From: Takakia lepidozioides
Lineage: Eukaryota; Plantae; Bryophyta
Length of the DNA: 64,000 nucleotides
Reading direction: 5' to 3'
NCBI GenBank assembly: GCA_030704615.1
Contig: CM060731.1
Location: 26,164,001 to 26,228,000 of the forward strand
Numbering within the stretch: the stretch's first letter is position 1; the number at the start of each line of letters is the position of its first letter. Below the pieces are notes generated by a model, which was given only the letters and a program-made list of their open reading frames with translations, was not told the DNA's origin and searched no databases. A program made the position numbers and the translations under genes. Shown here in pieces: positions 63,016-64,000 of the stretch.

Positions 63016-64000
63016 ATAATAGGGAACGAAGAGTAGGACAGGGAACGACTGTGGGGAACAACACCTTGAAGGGAACATGTTAGTTCACATACGACGGTTA
63101 GAGAGGGAAACGGTTAGAACCGCGGATAGGAGGATAAAAAGGGGAATTGATGGGAGGACTCAGGAGCGAGGAGCGGAGCGGAAGTCGGAGAGCACGATGA
63201 AGGAGGAAAGAGGATTAGTAGATGCTTGTTATATGCAAAGCTGTAGGGATATTGTAGAGGAGAATAGAGACACAATGGCTTCGGCCTGATACCTGATAAA
63301 TCATAATCTGATACTTATACGATACAATCACACTGTGTAGAGAGATCTGAGTGAAGCTGTGGATTGAATGGAGGAGTGAAGGAAACCGATAAATTGATGA
63401 AGCAAACTGATACTTAATTATCAATGGTAAGGTAGCTAAGATGAATGCGGAAAAGGAAACAAATAGGAAACACCCCCATGATACACTAGCTGTAGGTCAT
63501 GACTGATTGTTCTGCGCGGGCTGAGTACTTAGAGATTTCCAACTCTTCTATCTTGGAGTTTCCGCCTCGGATAGCGAAGGGATGGGTGAGTAAAAGCCGC
63601 GCGACATTTGGCGACCATACTGGGGACCTGGGATGAACAACCAGATGTGACAGGCATCTGGTGGGATCATGGTGGTTGGACCATTAAAGAATTTGAAGTG
63701 AATCAAATTCCCTGTGGAACGAAGGAAGAAAGATTGTCCAAACAATTCTTTCAAAGGTTCTTGGAATTGCCAGACGGATGTAAAGAAAATATTCTTAAAC
63801 GAGTGCATGATGCTGATCCAGAATGGGGTCTGGAGAAAGGAGTGATAAAGATTTATCAGGTAGCCTGTAGAGGAAGAGCACGTTGGTTACCAACATTAGT
63901 TTATGTGATAGCGTTGCTATCCATTAAACGAGTAGAGTTTGAAGGCTGGGAAGAAAGAAAGGTGAATGTTTATACTCATATGCATGAAGAGCTTGTACTG

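Overview
Eukaryotic, repeat-rich land-plant DNA. It is probably from a non-seed plant, an inference from the PLS-class PPR style and the transposon content. Two host genes look intact: the 5' part of a PP4/PPX phosphatase catalytic subunit (minus strand, 3010 to off-window) and a 4-exon 2-oxoglutarate/Fe(II) dioxygenase (22304-19549). The dioxygenase lies in the 9.2 kb spacer of a near-identical 6.6 kb inverted duplication (10206-16799 / 26024-32689) that carries frameshifted PLS-PPR pseudogenes. The rest is a mosaic of hAT MITEs with a truncated hAT transposase, LINE and SINE pieces, Helitron/Helentron-like termini and captured gene fragments. The most unusual content is at 32.7-54.3 kb: intron-containing genes for a ParB/Srx-like domain (WDGNHR), two pieces of a bacterial-type beta-class N4C/N6A DNA methyltransferase-like protein, and two FCP1/NIF-like HAD phosphatase domains. 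These lie next to a MULE-type DDE transposase with a GCM-like DNA-binding domain and a SWIM finger. An array of CGCCGGCG-cored palindromes sits in the predicted first intron of the ParB-like gene. Together this suggests a plant DNA-transposon family carrying a phage-like ParB/methyltransferase module. All calls come from reading motifs by eye; no searches were run.
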